A DNA stretch of 64,000 bases, taken from NCBI GenBank assembly GCA_033549025.1, contig JAWSUS010000005.1, positions 64,001 to 128,000 of the forward strand, given 5' to 3'. Below, piece by piece: positions 49,969 through 62,070 of the stretch (the first letter of the stretch is position 1; each line of letters begins with the position of its first letter). The stretch comes from Desulfuromonadales bacterium (GTDB lineage: Bacteria > Desulfobacterota > Desulfuromonadia > Desulfuromonadales > SZUA-540). Made by a program: the position numbers and the translations under genes. The notes beneath the pieces were generated by a model. The model was not told the origin of the DNA and did no database searches. It saw only the letters and a program-made list of their open reading frames with translations.

Positions 49969-50701
49969 TGTCCTGACCCTCTTCCCGGTCATGTTTGAGT
50001 CTCCCTTTGCGGTCAGTATCCTGGGTAAAGCCCTTGAAAAGGGACTGATCCAACTTCATGCGCATAATCTGCGCGACTGGGCCGCGGGACGACACAAGGT
50101 GACGGATGACATGCCTTACGGGGGCGGCGCTGGCATGGTCATGAAGCCCGAACCGGTCTATGCCGCCATTCAGGATCTGCGTCAACAGTCTCCCGGGTCT
50201 CAAGTCGTCATGATGACCCCGCAGGGAAAAACTTTTGGCCAGGACGATGCGCGGGCTTTATCCGCGCAGTCCGGCCTGATTTTTGTCTGTGGGCGCTATG
50301 AGGGCTTTGACGAGCGTATCCGCAGCATGGTCGATGCCGAGTACTCCCTTGGAGACTTTGTCCTGACCGGGGGAGAGCTGCCTGCCATGGTCATGATCGA
50401 TGCGGTGGCTCGTTTGCTCCCGGGGGTTCTGGGGAGCAGCGGCAGTGCCGAAGGGGATTCCTACGCTGACGGCCTGCTGGAATTTCCTCACTATACCCGC
50501 CCGGCCGATTTCCACGGCATGCGGGTGCCTGAGGTACTGTTGTCAGGCAACCATGAGGCTATTGCCCGCTGGCGGCGCCACCAGCAACTGCAGCGGACCC
50601 TGGTTCGCCGACCCGATCTGTTGGAGTCGGCACCGCTCAGTGCTGAAGATGTGGCGTTGCTCGATTCTATTCGCCGGGAACTGGCGGAGGAAACAGTATG
50701 A
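49958..50701 (+). CDS. trmD: tRNA (guanine37-N1)-methyltransferase
   Basis: DDMPYGGGAGMVM, CGRYEGFDER, SLGDFVLTGGE, P.YTRP, LLSGNH. Confidence 0.98.
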   Translation: MRFDVLTLFPVMFESPFAVSILGKALEKGLIQLHAHNLRDWAAGRHKVTDDMPYGGGAGMVMKPEPVYAAIQDLRQQSPGSQVVMMTPQGKTFGQDDARALSAQSGLIFVCGRYEGFDERIRSMVDAEYSLGDFVLTGGELPAMVMIDAVARLLPGVLGSSGSAEGDSYADGLLEFPHYTRPADFHGMRVPEVLLSGNHEAIARWRRHQQLQRTLVRRPDLLESAPLSAEDVALLDSIRRELAEETV

Positions 50702-51261
50702 AGCGGCTTCCCTTTGCCGTGGCTCTGGTTCATCATCCCGTGGTGGATCGTCGGGGAGACCTGGTCACTACGGCCGTGACCAATCTTGATGTCCACGACA
50801 TCGCCAGAACGGCCAGGACCTACGGGGTTGACCGCTTCTATCTCGTGACTCCCGTTCAGGATCAGTTGACCCTGATCCAACGTATCCTTGATCACTGGCG
50901 GCAAGGGCATGGGGCCGAATACAACCCCCATCGGGGCGATGCCCTCGGTCTGGTTCGGGTGGCCACCTCCCTGCAGGATGCCTTGGCCGACTGGGGTCAA
51001 GAAGTAGGCGGGGAGCCTCTGCCGGTGTTGACCGGGGCGAAAGCCCGCGACGGTATCAGCTACGACGCCTGCCGAGAGCTCGTAAAAACGCGGCATCTTA
51101 TGCTCGTGCTGGGAACCGGCTGGGGCCTGGCCCCTTCGCTCTTTGCGAACGGCTGGCCCGTTCTGGAGCCCATCCGCGGGAGCGGCGATTACAATCATCT
51201 GCCCGTGCGGGCGGCAGCGGCCATTATGTTCGACCGGCTCTTGGCCGCCGTTGAAAAATAG
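50698..51261 (+). CDS. SPOUT-like SAM-dependent RNA methyltransferase (trmD-associated)
   Basis: ALVHHPV, TTAVTNLDVHDIAR, GTGWGLA, YNHLPVRAAAAIMFDRL. Confidence 0.85.
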   Translation: MKRLPFAVALVHHPVVDRRGDLVTTAVTNLDVHDIARTARTYGVDRFYLVTPVQDQLTLIQRILDHWRQGHGAEYNPHRGDALGLVRVATSLQDALADWGQEVGGEPLPVLTGAKARDGISYDACRELVKTRHLMLVLGTGWGLAPSLFANGWPVLEPIRGSGDYNHLPVRAAAAIMFDRLLAAVEK

Positions 51262-51393
51262 GCCGTGTGTAAAAATATCATTGCGGTATTCAGCCGTTTT
51301 GCAGTATAAACATGAATCCTCCGGGTCCTCTTCCTGCAAAAATACTTTGCCTTTCAGGAATGAACCGGATCAGCGGATGTAGAGGAGGAAAAG

Positions 51394-51747
51394 ATGAACA
51401 TTATCGATCAACTGGCAATGGAACAGATGCGGAAAAACATCCCGGCTTTCAAGGCGGGTGACACCCTGCGCGTGCATGTGAAGATTGTTGAAGGCGACAA
51501 ACAGCGCATCCAGGTTTACCAGGGGGTATGCATCAAGCGGGTGAACCGCGGTATCGGGTCGACTTTTACGGTTCGCAAGATCTCCAATGGCGTTGGGGTT
51601 GAGAGGGTATTTTCCCTGCACTCCCCGACGGTCGACAAGATCGAGAACATGATGGTCGGCCGCGTTCGTCGGGCCAAGCTGTACTACCTGCGCAACCTGC
51701 AGGGCAAGGCAGCGCGTATTCGCGAAAAGCGGGCCGCTCAAGCGTAA
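51394..51747 (+). CDS. rplS: 50S ribosomal protein L19
   Basis: [34 protein letters not shown]. Confidence 0.98.
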   Translation: MNIIDQLAMEQMRKNIPAFKAGDTLRVHVKIVEGDKQRIQVYQGVCIKRVNRGIGSTFTVRKISNGVGVERVFSLHSPTVDKIENMMVGRVRRAKLYYLRNLQGKAARIREKRAAQA

Positions 51748-51750
51748 GAC

Positions 51751-51786
51751 AAAAAAAGCCCCGGCCACAAGCCGGGGCTTTTTTTT
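51751..51786. terminator. Bidirectional intrinsic terminator
   Basis: A7-GCCCCGGC...GCCGGGGC-T8. Confidence 0.88.
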
Positions 51787-51834
51787 CGACAAACAGCCGC
51801 TGTGAAAATCAGATATCCTACGCGGTCTGAAATC

Positions 51835-52023
51835 TTAGTGATGAACTCCGGGAACCGTGCCGGTCGAGTGGGAGGTCAGCTGTACATAGATGAGCACGGT
51901 AAGAACGCCGTAAAGAGCGACCGTTGCCCAGCCCCCCAGGCGAAAAACTTCCATGAATCCCTTCCAGTCCACCAGAAAAGCCAAATACCCCACAACTGCC
52001 AGGCCGATGAAAATAGCTGCCAT
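51835..52023 (-). CDS. Small (62 aa) two-TM hypothetical membrane protein
   Basis: AAGGAG RBS; MAAIFIGLAVVGYLAFLVDW...GGWATVALYGVLTVLIYV...HH; terminator downstream. Confidence 0.65.
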   Translation of the reverse strand: MAAIFIGLAVVGYLAFLVDWKGFMEVFRLGGWATVALYGVLTVLIYVQLTSHSTGTVPGVHH

Positions 52024-52128
52024 GAAATTTCTCCTTCGATTCATTAGAGTTATGCATGCAAATATTGTATATTGTATACCAAGCTCGGGGACAAAATTAA
52101 AGGGAAAATTTACCATGGCGGCGTGCCC

Positions 52129-52770
52129 ATGACATTGAAGTTGTTTGCCGAGGAGACTCTGTCGCCTCTACACTTTGAGAAGCAGGCCGTGAATAACGGC
52201 TATGAGGCTGTTGCCGGCATTGATGAAGCCGGCAGGGGACCCCTGGCTGGGCCGGTGGTGGCTGCGGCTGTCATTCTGCCGCCAGTTCATGATCTGCCTG
52301 GCCTGACCGACTCCAAGAAGCTCTCGGCCCGAAAGCGGGACGAGCTCTTTCCCCTGATTCGCCGGCAGGCCCAAGCCATCGGGGTGGGCATTGTGCATGC
52401 TGAAGAGATTGATGCGATCGATATTCTCAGGGCGACCCTTCGGGCCATGTCCCTGGCCGTCAGCCGCCTCCGTTTGCCGGCCGATTATTTGTTGATCGAC
52501 GGGATTACTCCTTTGCCAGAGCCGATTCCCCAGTTGACCTTGAAGAAGGGGGATAGCCGTTCCCTTTCCATTTCCGCCGCCTCCGTGGTGGCCAAAGTGG
52601 TCAGGGACAGGATGATGATCGCTTATGATCGTCGTTTCCCCGGGTATGGATTCGCCGGTCACAAGGGCTATGGCAGCGCCGCCCACATGGAAACCATTGC
52701 CCTCCTCGGCCCCTGTCCTATTCATCGGCGCACCTTTGCCGGTGTGCGCGAGCATGTGGTCGGCATATGA
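52129..52770 (+). CDS. rnhB: Ribonuclease HII
   Basis: GIDEAGRGPLAGPVVAAA, DSKKL, AASVVAKVVRD, HKGY. Confidence 0.97.
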   Translation: MTLKLFAEETLSPLHFEKQAVNNGYEAVAGIDEAGRGPLAGPVVAAAVILPPVHDLPGLTDSKKLSARKRDELFPLIRRQAQAIGVGIVHAEEIDAIDILRATLRAMSLAVSRLRLPADYLLIDGITPLPEPIPQLTLKKGDSRSLSISAASVVAKVVRDRMMIAYDRRFPGYGFAGHKGYGSAAHMETIALLGPCPIHRRTFAGVREHVVGI

Positions 52771-53129
52771 GCGAGGAGCGTCAGTCTCTCGGTCGCTGGG
52801 GAGAGGAAGAGGCGGCCCGCTACCTGTGTCGTCAGGGGATGAAAATCATTGTTCGAAATCTCCGTACGCCTTTGGGGGAAATCGACTTGGTGGTTCGGGA
52901 TCGCCAAACCCTGGCTTTTGTTGAGGTAAAGACCCGTCGTACCCTCGCTTTCGGTTCCCCGCAGGAGGCGGTAGGGCCGCGTAAACAGCGGCAGATCATC
53001 CGTTCCGCCCAGTGGTATCTCGCGTCCGGCCAAGGTCAGGGGCTGCAGCCCCGTTTCGACGTTCTGGCGGTTTCGCCCGGAGCAGCCGGCCCGGAGATCG
53101 AATACATCCCCGATGCGTTCGGCCTCTAG
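52767..53129 (+). CDS. yraN: YraN family protein
   Basis: GEIDLV...FVEVKTR...RFDV. Confidence 0.93.
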   Translation: MSEERQSLGRWGEEEAARYLCRQGMKIIVRNLRTPLGEIDLVVRDRQTLAFVEVKTRRTLAFGSPQEAVGPRKQRQIIRSAQWYLASGQGQGLQPRFDVLAVSPGAAGPEIEYIPDAFGL

Positions 53130-53211
53130 AGGGCGGTTTGTCGCCGAGCCTTCCGGTCGGGGAACCGGCGGACTTTTCAGTGCAGGCAAAACACAGACGA
53201 AAGTAGTGCTC

Positions 53212-55179
53212 ATGATGAATCCTGTCTCGTTTGCTGATTGCGGTTTTTTGCGTTTGGCAGTAGCTTCCCCCGAGTTGCGGGTTGGCGATGTGGATTTCAA
53301 CCTGGCGGCGATCTCGCGCGTGGTGGAAGAGGCGGCCGCGCAGCAGTGTCAGCTCCTTGTCTTTCCCGAACTGTGCCTGACCGCCTACAGCTGTGGCGAC
53401 CTCTTTTTTCAGCCCCTTCTAATCGACAAAGCCCTGCGGGCCGTTGCCAACCTGGCTGCCCTGGCGGCGGAGTATGATATCGCCCTGGTTGTCGGAGCGC
53501 CGGTCCACCAGCAGGGCCGCCTCTTTAACGGGGCCTTTTTTCTGGCCGGTGGGCAGATTCTGGGGTGCGTACCCAAAACCTACCTGCCCAACACGCAGGA
53601 ATTTTATGAAGAACGATGGTTTTCCTCCGCCCTGGACAGAACGGGGGATGAGATCTTTATAGACGACTGTGCCATACCTTTCGGGCCGGATCTGCTGTTT
53701 CAGGCTGTGAACAAGCCCGCCTGCATGGTGGGTATCGAAATTTGCGAAGATGCCTGGGTGTCCAACCCGCCGAGCGGAGAGATGGCCGGAGCGGGGGCGA
53801 CGGTCCTGCTCAACCTGTCGGCCAGCCCGGAAGTGCTCGGCAAGCACAGCTACCGGCAGTCTCTGGTAGAGTCCCAAGCCGCCCGCTGTTTGGCCGCCTA
53901 TGCCTACGCCTCGGCGGGGCCGGGGGAATCCAGCACCGACCTGGTTTTTTCCGGACATTCGCTGATTGCGGAAAACGGCGTGGTCCTTGCGGAAACAGCA
54001 CGTTTCGAATTCGACAGTCAACTGGCCATGGCCGATATTGATGTGGATCGGCTGGTGAGTGAACGGTTGAAAAACAACAGTTATGCCGCGGCGCGGGGCG
54101 AGCGGGTCTTCCGGGTTATCCCCTTTGAACTTAAGGGGACGGAAAAAAAAGCGGCCGGGATGTTACGCTCCATCTCGCGTACGCCCTTTGTTCCTGCCGA
54201 TGATCGGGACAGGGCGCAGCGCTGTCGTGAAATTTTCGCCCTGCAGACCACGGCCCTGGCCAAGCGGCTCAGACACACGGCGGCCTCCCGGGTCGTCGTC
54301 GGTATCTCCGGCGGTCTCGATTCGACTCTGGCTCTGCTGGTGACGGTCAAGGCTTTTGACAAGCTGGGGCTGGATCACCAGGGGATTGTGGCCATCACCA
54401 TGCCGGGTTTCGGTACAACGCGGCGGACTCGGGGCAATGCCGAAAAACTCGCCGAACTGCTGGGCGTGACCCTACGTGTCATCCCCATCGACCAGGCCGT
54501 CAGGCAGCATTTTGCCGATATCGGGCACGACGCGTCTTTACACGATATTACCTACGAAAATGCCCAGGCGCGCGAACGCACCCAGATCCTGATGGATGTC
54601 GCCAATCAGGTCGGCGGTCTGGTGATCGGGACGGGCGATCTCTCCGAGCTGGCCCTGGGATGGTGTACCTACAACGCCGATCACATGTCCATGTACGGGG
54701 TGAACAGCGGGGTGCCGAAAACACTGGTCCGCTATCTGGTCGACTGGTGTGCCCTGGAGGAATTCAGTGGCGAGACGTCGGCGGTTTTACGGGATGTCTG
54801 CGAGACGCCCGTTTCGCCGGAACTGCTGCCTCCCGGCGAGGGGGACGAGATTCGGCAGATCACCGAGGATCAGGTCGGCCCTTATGTGCTGCACGATTTC
54901 TTCCTCTACCACCTGGTTCGTCTGCAGTCTCCCCCTAAAAAAATATACCTCCTGGCCTGTCATGCCTTTGCCGGGGAGTTCGCCCCGGACGAAATCGTCA
55001 AATGGCAGCGTATCTTCTTCCGGCGCTTTTTCTCCCAGCAGTTCAAGCGATCCTGTCTCCCGGATGGTCCCAAGGTCGGCAGTGTAGCCCTGTCGCCCCG
55101 CGGGGACTGGCGCATGCCCAGCGACGCGAGCGTGAATCTCTGGATGGCCGAGTTGGAGTCTTTGCCCGATGATGCGTGA
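53212..55179 (+). CDS. nadE: Glutamine-dependent NAD+ synthetase
   Basis: Nitrilase domain (FPEL, PK.YLP, EICED) plus [38 protein letters not shown]. Confidence 0.96.
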   Translation: MMNPVSFADCGFLRLAVASPELRVGDVDFNLAAISRVVEEAAAQQCQLLVFPELCLTAYSCGDLFFQPLLIDKALRAVANLAALAAEYDIALVVGAPVHQQGRLFNGAFFLAGGQILGCVPKTYLPNTQEFYEERWFSSALDRTGDEIFIDDCAIPFGPDLLFQAVNKPACMVGIEICEDAWVSNPPSGEMAGAGATVLLNLSASPEVLGKHSYRQSLVESQAARCLAAYAYASAGPGESSTDLVFSGHSLIAENGVVLAETARFEFDSQLAMADIDVDRLVSERLKNNSYAAARGERVFRVIPFELKGTEKKAAGMLRSISRTPFVPADDRDRAQRCREIFALQTTALAKRLRHTAASRVVVGISGGLDSTLALLVTVKAFDKLGLDHQGIVAITMPGFGTTRRTRGNAEKLAELLGVTLRVIPIDQAVRQHFADIGHDASLHDITYENAQARERTQILMDVANQVGGLVIGTGDLSELALGWCTYNADHMSMYGVNSGVPKTLVRYLVDWCALEEFSGETSAVLRDVCETPVSPELLPPGEGDEIRQITEDQVGPYVLHDFFLYHLVRLQSPPKKIYLLACHAFAGEFAPDEIVKWQRIFFRRFFSQQFKRSCLPDGPKVGSVALSPRGDWRMPSDASVNLWMAELESLPDDA

Positions 55180-56044
55180 GTCCACCGAGACGGCCGGCGC
55201 CGCCGGGGTTCTCTATCTGGTGTCCACGCCCATTGGCAACCTCGAGGACATGACGCTCAGAGCTTTGCGCGTTCTCAAGGAAGTGGCCCTGGTGGCGGCC
55301 GAAGATACCCGTCACAGCCGCAAGCTCTTTTCCCATTATGGCATCAGTACCCCACTGACCTCCTGCCACCAGCACAATGAAGCCGGCAAGGGGGAGCAGC
55401 TTCTGGCCGCCCTGCGCGAAGGCCGATCCGTGGCGCTCATTTCCGATGCGGGTACGCCGGGCATCGCCGACCCCGGCTACCGATTGTTGTGCCGCTGCCT
55501 GGAGGCGGGCATCGAGGTGGTGCCTATTCCGGGTCCGTCGGCTGTAATTACGGCGCTGTCCGTCTCGGGTCTGCCGACGGAGCGCTTTGCCTTCGAAGGG
55601 TTTCTGCCGTCCAAAAAACTGGCGCGTTTGGCCCAGTTGACCGCCTTGCAGTCGGAAAGCCGTACACTGGTCTTTTACGAAGCGCCCCATCGCCTGCTGG
55701 CGACCCTGAAGGATATGATCTCTGTGTGCGGAACGACACGACCGGCGGTAGTGGCGCGGGAACTGACCAAGCTGCACGAGGAGGTGTTTCGGGGGACGCT
55801 GGCTGAGGCGCTGGACCATTTCAGCTCGGCCCGAGTACGCGGAGAAATTGTCTTGCTGCTGGGGCCGGCTTCAGGGGTGGAAGAAAAACCGGCAGAGACG
55901 GTGAAGGACGCTTTGCTGCGGCTGCACCGGGAGACCGCTCTGCCGCGCCGGCAGCTGGTCAAGCGGGTCGCGAAGGAGCTGGGCCTGCCGGGCGCCGAGG
56001 TGTATCGGGAAAGTCTGGAGTTGCCGGAACTGGGCAAGGACTAA
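55169..56044 (+). CDS. rsmI: 16S rRNA (C1402-2'-O)-methyltransferase
   Basis: [46 protein letters not shown]. Confidence 0.96.
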   Translation: MMRESTETAGAAGVLYLVSTPIGNLEDMTLRALRVLKEVALVAAEDTRHSRKLFSHYGISTPLTSCHQHNEAGKGEQLLAALREGRSVALISDAGTPGIADPGYRLLCRCLEAGIEVVPIPGPSAVITALSVSGLPTERFAFEGFLPSKKLARLAQLTALQSESRTLVFYEAPHRLLATLKDMISVCGTTRPAVVARELTKLHEEVFRGTLAEALDHFSSARVRGEIVLLLGPASGVEEKPAETVKDALLRLHRETALPRRQLVKRVAKELGLPGAEVYRESLELPELGKD

Positions 56045-56083
56045 AATCCCTGGTCTTCCGGTTCGAGGTCTCGTGACGGCAGG

Positions 56084-58518
<2,435 letters not shown>

Positions 58519-58561
58519 TCACTTGTGATGATGTTGATTCCTGAATGTGTTGGAGATTCCC

Positions 58562-59827
58562 ATGCCTGAACCTGATGATGTCTGGATACGCCTGAGTTTA
58601 CTGGCCGTCCTTTTTGTGCTTTCCGCTTTTTTCTCCGGCTCGGAAACGGCCCTGATGTCGCTGGACAAGCTGCGCCTGAAATATCTGGTGCAGAAAAAAC
58701 GCCGCGGGGCCGAGCGACTGGAAGAGCTCCTGGATAGCCCCGAGAAGCTCCTAGGGGGAATCCTGGTCGGAAACAATCTGGTAAATATCGCCATCTCCGT
58801 ATTCGCCACGGGGCTGCTCGTCCAGCTCTATGGTGAAAAAGGGGAGTTGCTCACCATCCTCCTGGTGACCCCCCTGCTGCTGGTTTTCTCCGAGGTGCTG
58901 CCCAAGAGCTACGCTGCCAAACAGTCGGAGGCGATGTCCTTCGCGGTGCTGAGGCCGATCGGGATCGTTCTCAAGGTGCTGGCGCCGGCGATCTGGCTCA
59001 TCACCGGCGTCACTCGCTTCCTGTCGCGACTTATCCCCGGCGAGCAGGAGAAGCCGATCCTCTCCGAGGATGAAATCCGCACCATTATTACGGTTGGCGA
59101 GCAGACGGGGGTTGTCCATATGGAGAAGCACCAGATGCTCCATGGGATTTTCGATCTGGCGGAAATGCGCGTTCGCGATGTGATGATACCCCGTACCGAA
59201 GTCGTCGGCATCGAAGTGCATTCGACCTTTGAAGAGGCGCTTCTCCTAGTTCAGCAGGCCCATCATTCCCGTTTTCCGGTTTATGAAGAAAACCTCGACA
59301 GCATTGTGGGCATCATTCATTCCAAGGATATCCTGAGTTTCGTGGGGAGCCCTGACAGGTTCTCTTTGAGGGATATCGCCCGGCCTCCCTACTTTGTCCC
59401 CGAATCCAAGCGCATCGAAACGTTGCTGCAGTCCTTCCGCCGCAAGCGTATGCACCTGGCGATCGTGGTGGATGAGTATGGCGGGGTCGAAGGGATCGTG
59501 ACTCTTGAAGATATTTTTGAAGAAATCGTCGGCGAAATTCAGGACGAGTACGATGTCGAAGAAGAGATGCTGCGGGAGCTTGCCCCGGGCCGCTACCTTG
59601 TTGATGGCAGTACCTCGCTGCGAACGATCAACAAGCGCTTCCACCTGAAACTGTCCGAAGAGCATGTCACCACTCTGGCCGGCTTCCTGTTAAGAGCCCT
59701 CGGCACCATACCCCAGGAAGGCGAAACCTGTGAATCGGAGGGTGTGCAGTTTATCGTGCGCAAGGTGGTGGATCGCCGTATTGAGGAGATCGAAATGTTG
59801 CTGCCCGAGTCGACAAAGGATTCCTGA
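58562..59827 (+). CDS. HlyC/CorC-family (CNNM-CBS-CorC) transporter
   Basis: SAFFSGSETAL, GNNLVNI, EVLPK, HSRFPV, VVDEYGGVEGIVTLED, TLAG. Confidence 0.92.
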   Translation: MPEPDDVWIRLSLLAVLFVLSAFFSGSETALMSLDKLRLKYLVQKKRRGAERLEELLDSPEKLLGGILVGNNLVNIAISVFATGLLVQLYGEKGELLTILLVTPLLLVFSEVLPKSYAAKQSEAMSFAVLRPIGIVLKVLAPAIWLITGVTRFLSRLIPGEQEKPILSEDEIRTIITVGEQTGVVHMEKHQMLHGIFDLAEMRVRDVMIPRTEVVGIEVHSTFEEALLLVQQAHHSRFPVYEENLDSIVGIIHSKDILSFVGSPDRFSLRDIARPPYFVPESKRIETLLQSFRRKRMHLAIVVDEYGGVEGIVTLEDIFEEIVGEIQDEYDVEEEMLRELAPGRYLVDGSTSLRTINKRFHLKLSEEHVTTLAGFLLRALGTIPQEGETCESEGVQFIVRKVVDRRIEEIEMLLPESTKDS

Positions 59828-59857
59828 TTTCAACTCGCCAACCACCGTTTTTTCCTT

Positions 59858-59881
59858 AACCCCCTTTTTGGGGGTTTTTTT
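59858..59881 (+). terminator. Probable terminator
   Basis: AACCCCC-TTTTT-GGGGGTT followed by a T-run. Confidence 0.55.
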
Positions 59882-59939
59882 GTGCCTGTTTTGGGACCTT
59901 ACCCCAATTCTAAACCCTTACCAGAGAAGAAATATCTCC

Positions 59940-60011
59940 TTGACAAGGGTATGGGCCACGGCTATAGTTTCCCACAAAGTGTAATTTAGTGACAAATTGG
60001 ACCAAAAGAGG
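59940..60011 (+). promoter_or_regulatory. dcw (mraZ) promoter with probable MraZ operator repeats
   Basis: TTGACA-17-TATAGT, followed by ~10-nt-periodic AAAGTGT/TTAGTGA/AATTGGA/AAAGAGG. Confidence 0.65.
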
Positions 60012-60014
60012 GCA

Positions 60015-60461
60015 ATGAGCTTCCAAGGCGAATTCTACAATTCGATCGACCCCAAAGGGCGAGCCAGCATACCGGCCCGTTTCCGCGAAATTCTGGCGGA
60101 TGCCCATGGGGAGGAGCGTCTTTTTGTGACCAAGAACTGGGATGGCGGGCTCAGCGCCTATCCCGTGCCCCTCTGGGAGAAGAATCGTCAGAAGGTAGAA
60201 GAACTTCCCCCTGGTCCTCAGCGCAACGCCGCTTTTCGCCTTGTTGTTGCTCCGGCGGTGGAATGTTCCTTCGACAAGCAGGGTCGCATTCTGATTCCGG
60301 AAGCGCTGCGGCTTCACGCCAATCTGGAACGGGATATCGTGGTCGTGGGCATGTCGGACCGCATTGAAATATACAGTAAAGACAAGCACGCCGAAGTGAC
60401 CCAGACGGCGGTGTCTTTTGTGCAGGAAGATCCCCAGTTCATGTCGGATCTGGGATTCTAG
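60015..60461 (+). CDS. mraZ: Division/cell wall cluster transcriptional repressor MraZ
   Basis: IDPKGRASIPARFR, DKQGRILIP, VGMSDRIEI. Confidence 0.96.
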   Translation: MSFQGEFYNSIDPKGRASIPARFREILADAHGEERLFVTKNWDGGLSAYPVPLWEKNRQKVEELPPGPQRNAAFRLVVAPAVECSFDKQGRILIPEALRLHANLERDIVVVGMSDRIEIYSKDKHAEVTQTAVSFVQEDPQFMSDLGF

Positions 60462-60463
60462 GT

Positions 60464-61411
60464 TTGTCTGGCGCCGAGTTCAGGCATCTGTCGGTGATGC
60501 CCAAAGAGGTTCTGGCCTACCTGGCCCCGCAGGCAGGTGAAATTTTTCTGGATGGCACCTTGGGTGGCGGCGGACATGCCCGCCTGATCCTGGAAGCGTC
60601 GGCACCGGATGGCCGCTTGATCGGGCTCGATCGCGACCCGGCGGCGCTGAAAAAAGCGGGTGAAGTTCTGGCTCCCTTCGGGGATCGGGCGGTGCTGAGA
60701 CACGGCAACTTTGCAGAGGCGAACCACATCCTGCCGTCGCTGGGCGTGGACCGGGTAGATGGCATTCTGCTGGATCTGGGAGTTTCCTCCCACCAGCTTG
60801 ATGCCGAGGAGAGAGGTTTCTCCTTTCGTGCCGATGCGCCCCTGGATATGCGCATGGATACCACCGCCGGTCAGACGGCCGCCGATGTACTTGAAAGTGC
60901 CAGTGCGGAGGAGTTGGCCCGTATTTTTCGCGAATACGGAGAGGAGCGCTGGGCGGGGCGCATTGCCCGCCGTATCCTGGCCACCCGGACCGAAAAACCC
61001 CTCTTGACCACGGGGCAGTTGGCGGACTTGGTTCGGGACACGGTTCCCGGTGGTTACAAGCCGGCCAGGATTCACCCTGCCACGCGGGTTTTTCAGGCTT
61101 TGAGAATTCAGGTTAACGGCGAACTCGATCATGTGGCCCAGGGTATCAGCCGAGGCTTGGAGCTTTTGAAGCCGGGAGGACGTATGGTGGTCATCAGTTT
61201 TCACTCACTGGAAGACCGCATCGTCAAACAGTTTTTTCAACGACAGGCGCAAAGCTGCATCTGTCCGCCGCAGCTTCCCTATTGCAACTGCGGTCACCAG
61301 GCGAAACTTGAAATTTTGACCCGCAAGGCCGTTCGCGCCAGCGAAGAAGAGATTGCCGACAATCCCCGAGCACGCAGTGCGGTTCTTCGGGCCGCCCGGC
61401 GTCTCGACTGA
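60464..61411 (+). CDS. rsmH: 16S rRNA (C1402-N4)-methyltransferase
   Basis: HLSVM, DGTLGGGGH, DLGVSS.QLD, FQALRI.VN.EL, ISFHSLEDR, NPRARSA. Confidence 0.97.
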   Translation: MSGAEFRHLSVMPKEVLAYLAPQAGEIFLDGTLGGGGHARLILEASAPDGRLIGLDRDPAALKKAGEVLAPFGDRAVLRHGNFAEANHILPSLGVDRVDGILLDLGVSSHQLDAEERGFSFRADAPLDMRMDTTAGQTAADVLESASAEELARIFREYGEERWAGRIARRILATRTEKPLLTTGQLADLVRDTVPGGYKPARIHPATRVFQALRIQVNGELDHVAQGISRGLELLKPGGRMVVISFHSLEDRIVKQFFQRQAQSCICPPQLPYCNCGHQAKLEILTRKAVRASEEEIADNPRARSAVLRAARRLD

Positions 61412-61435
61412 TGTGAAGAGGGTAAAGGAGAGATC

Positions 61436-61753
61436 ATGTCTGAACTTATTTTGAGGGCTTTCCCCAGGTTTGGGGGGGTGGCGCTGAGAAAACCGAGCCT
61501 GATGCCCGTTATGGCTTTTATCGGTCTGATGCTGGCCATCTCTCTCTTTTTCGTCTGGACCCGCATCCAGGTGATCAACCTTGAATATCAGATTTCCAGC
61601 CAGCAGGAGCGGTTGCGGGACATGCACCAGGAGAACAAAAACCTGCGCCTGGAAGCGGCCAGTCTGCGCAATCCGGCTCGAATAGAAAAAGTGGCCGTCA
61701 GCGAACTGGGCTTGAGGTTTCCGGCTCCGCAACAGGTCATCACGGTAAGGTAG
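61436..61753 (+). CDS. ftsL: Cell division protein FtsL
   Basis: Single TM followed by a coiled coil ending LRNPARIEKVAVSELGL..P; position after rsmH. Confidence 0.9.
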   Translation: MSELILRAFPRFGGVALRKPSLMPVMAFIGLMLAISLFFVWTRIQVINLEYQISSQQERLRDMHQENKNLRLEAASLRNPARIEKVAVSELGLRFPAPQQVITVR

Positions 61754-61774
61754 ATCTATTGAGGGATTGTTGTT

Positions 61775-62047
61775 ATGGAATTGTTGGACCCTAAAGAAAA
61801 GCAGGACCTGTGGCAGGAAATGCAGGAGCTGCTGGACATAAGAGAAAAGAAGAGGTCGCGCCACCTTGTCGGGGTAGTGGGCCTTTTTTTCTGTATGGGG
61901 GTGAGCCTGCTCGTGCTGGGAGCCTGCTATCAGGCCGACCGGGAAAAGACAACCTATACCTCCTTTGATTCGGCTTATGCCGGAAGCGAGACAAACCTGA
62001 TGCAGCCGTCGCAAGACACCGATCCGCCGACGATCATTCACCTTTAA
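61775..62047 (+). CDS. Hypothetical single-pass membrane protein (90 aa) between ftsL and ftsI
   Basis: GAGGG RBS; charged N-terminus, KKRSR, then a ~20-aa hydrophobic helix; fills the gap with 21/23-nt spacers. Confidence 0.65.
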   Translation: MELLDPKEKQDLWQEMQELLDIREKKRSRHLVGVVGLFFCMGVSLLVLGACYQADREKTTYTSFDSAYAGSETNLMQPSQDTDPPTIIHL

Positions 62048-62070
62048 GAGACGCCGGGTGGGAGTGCAGC

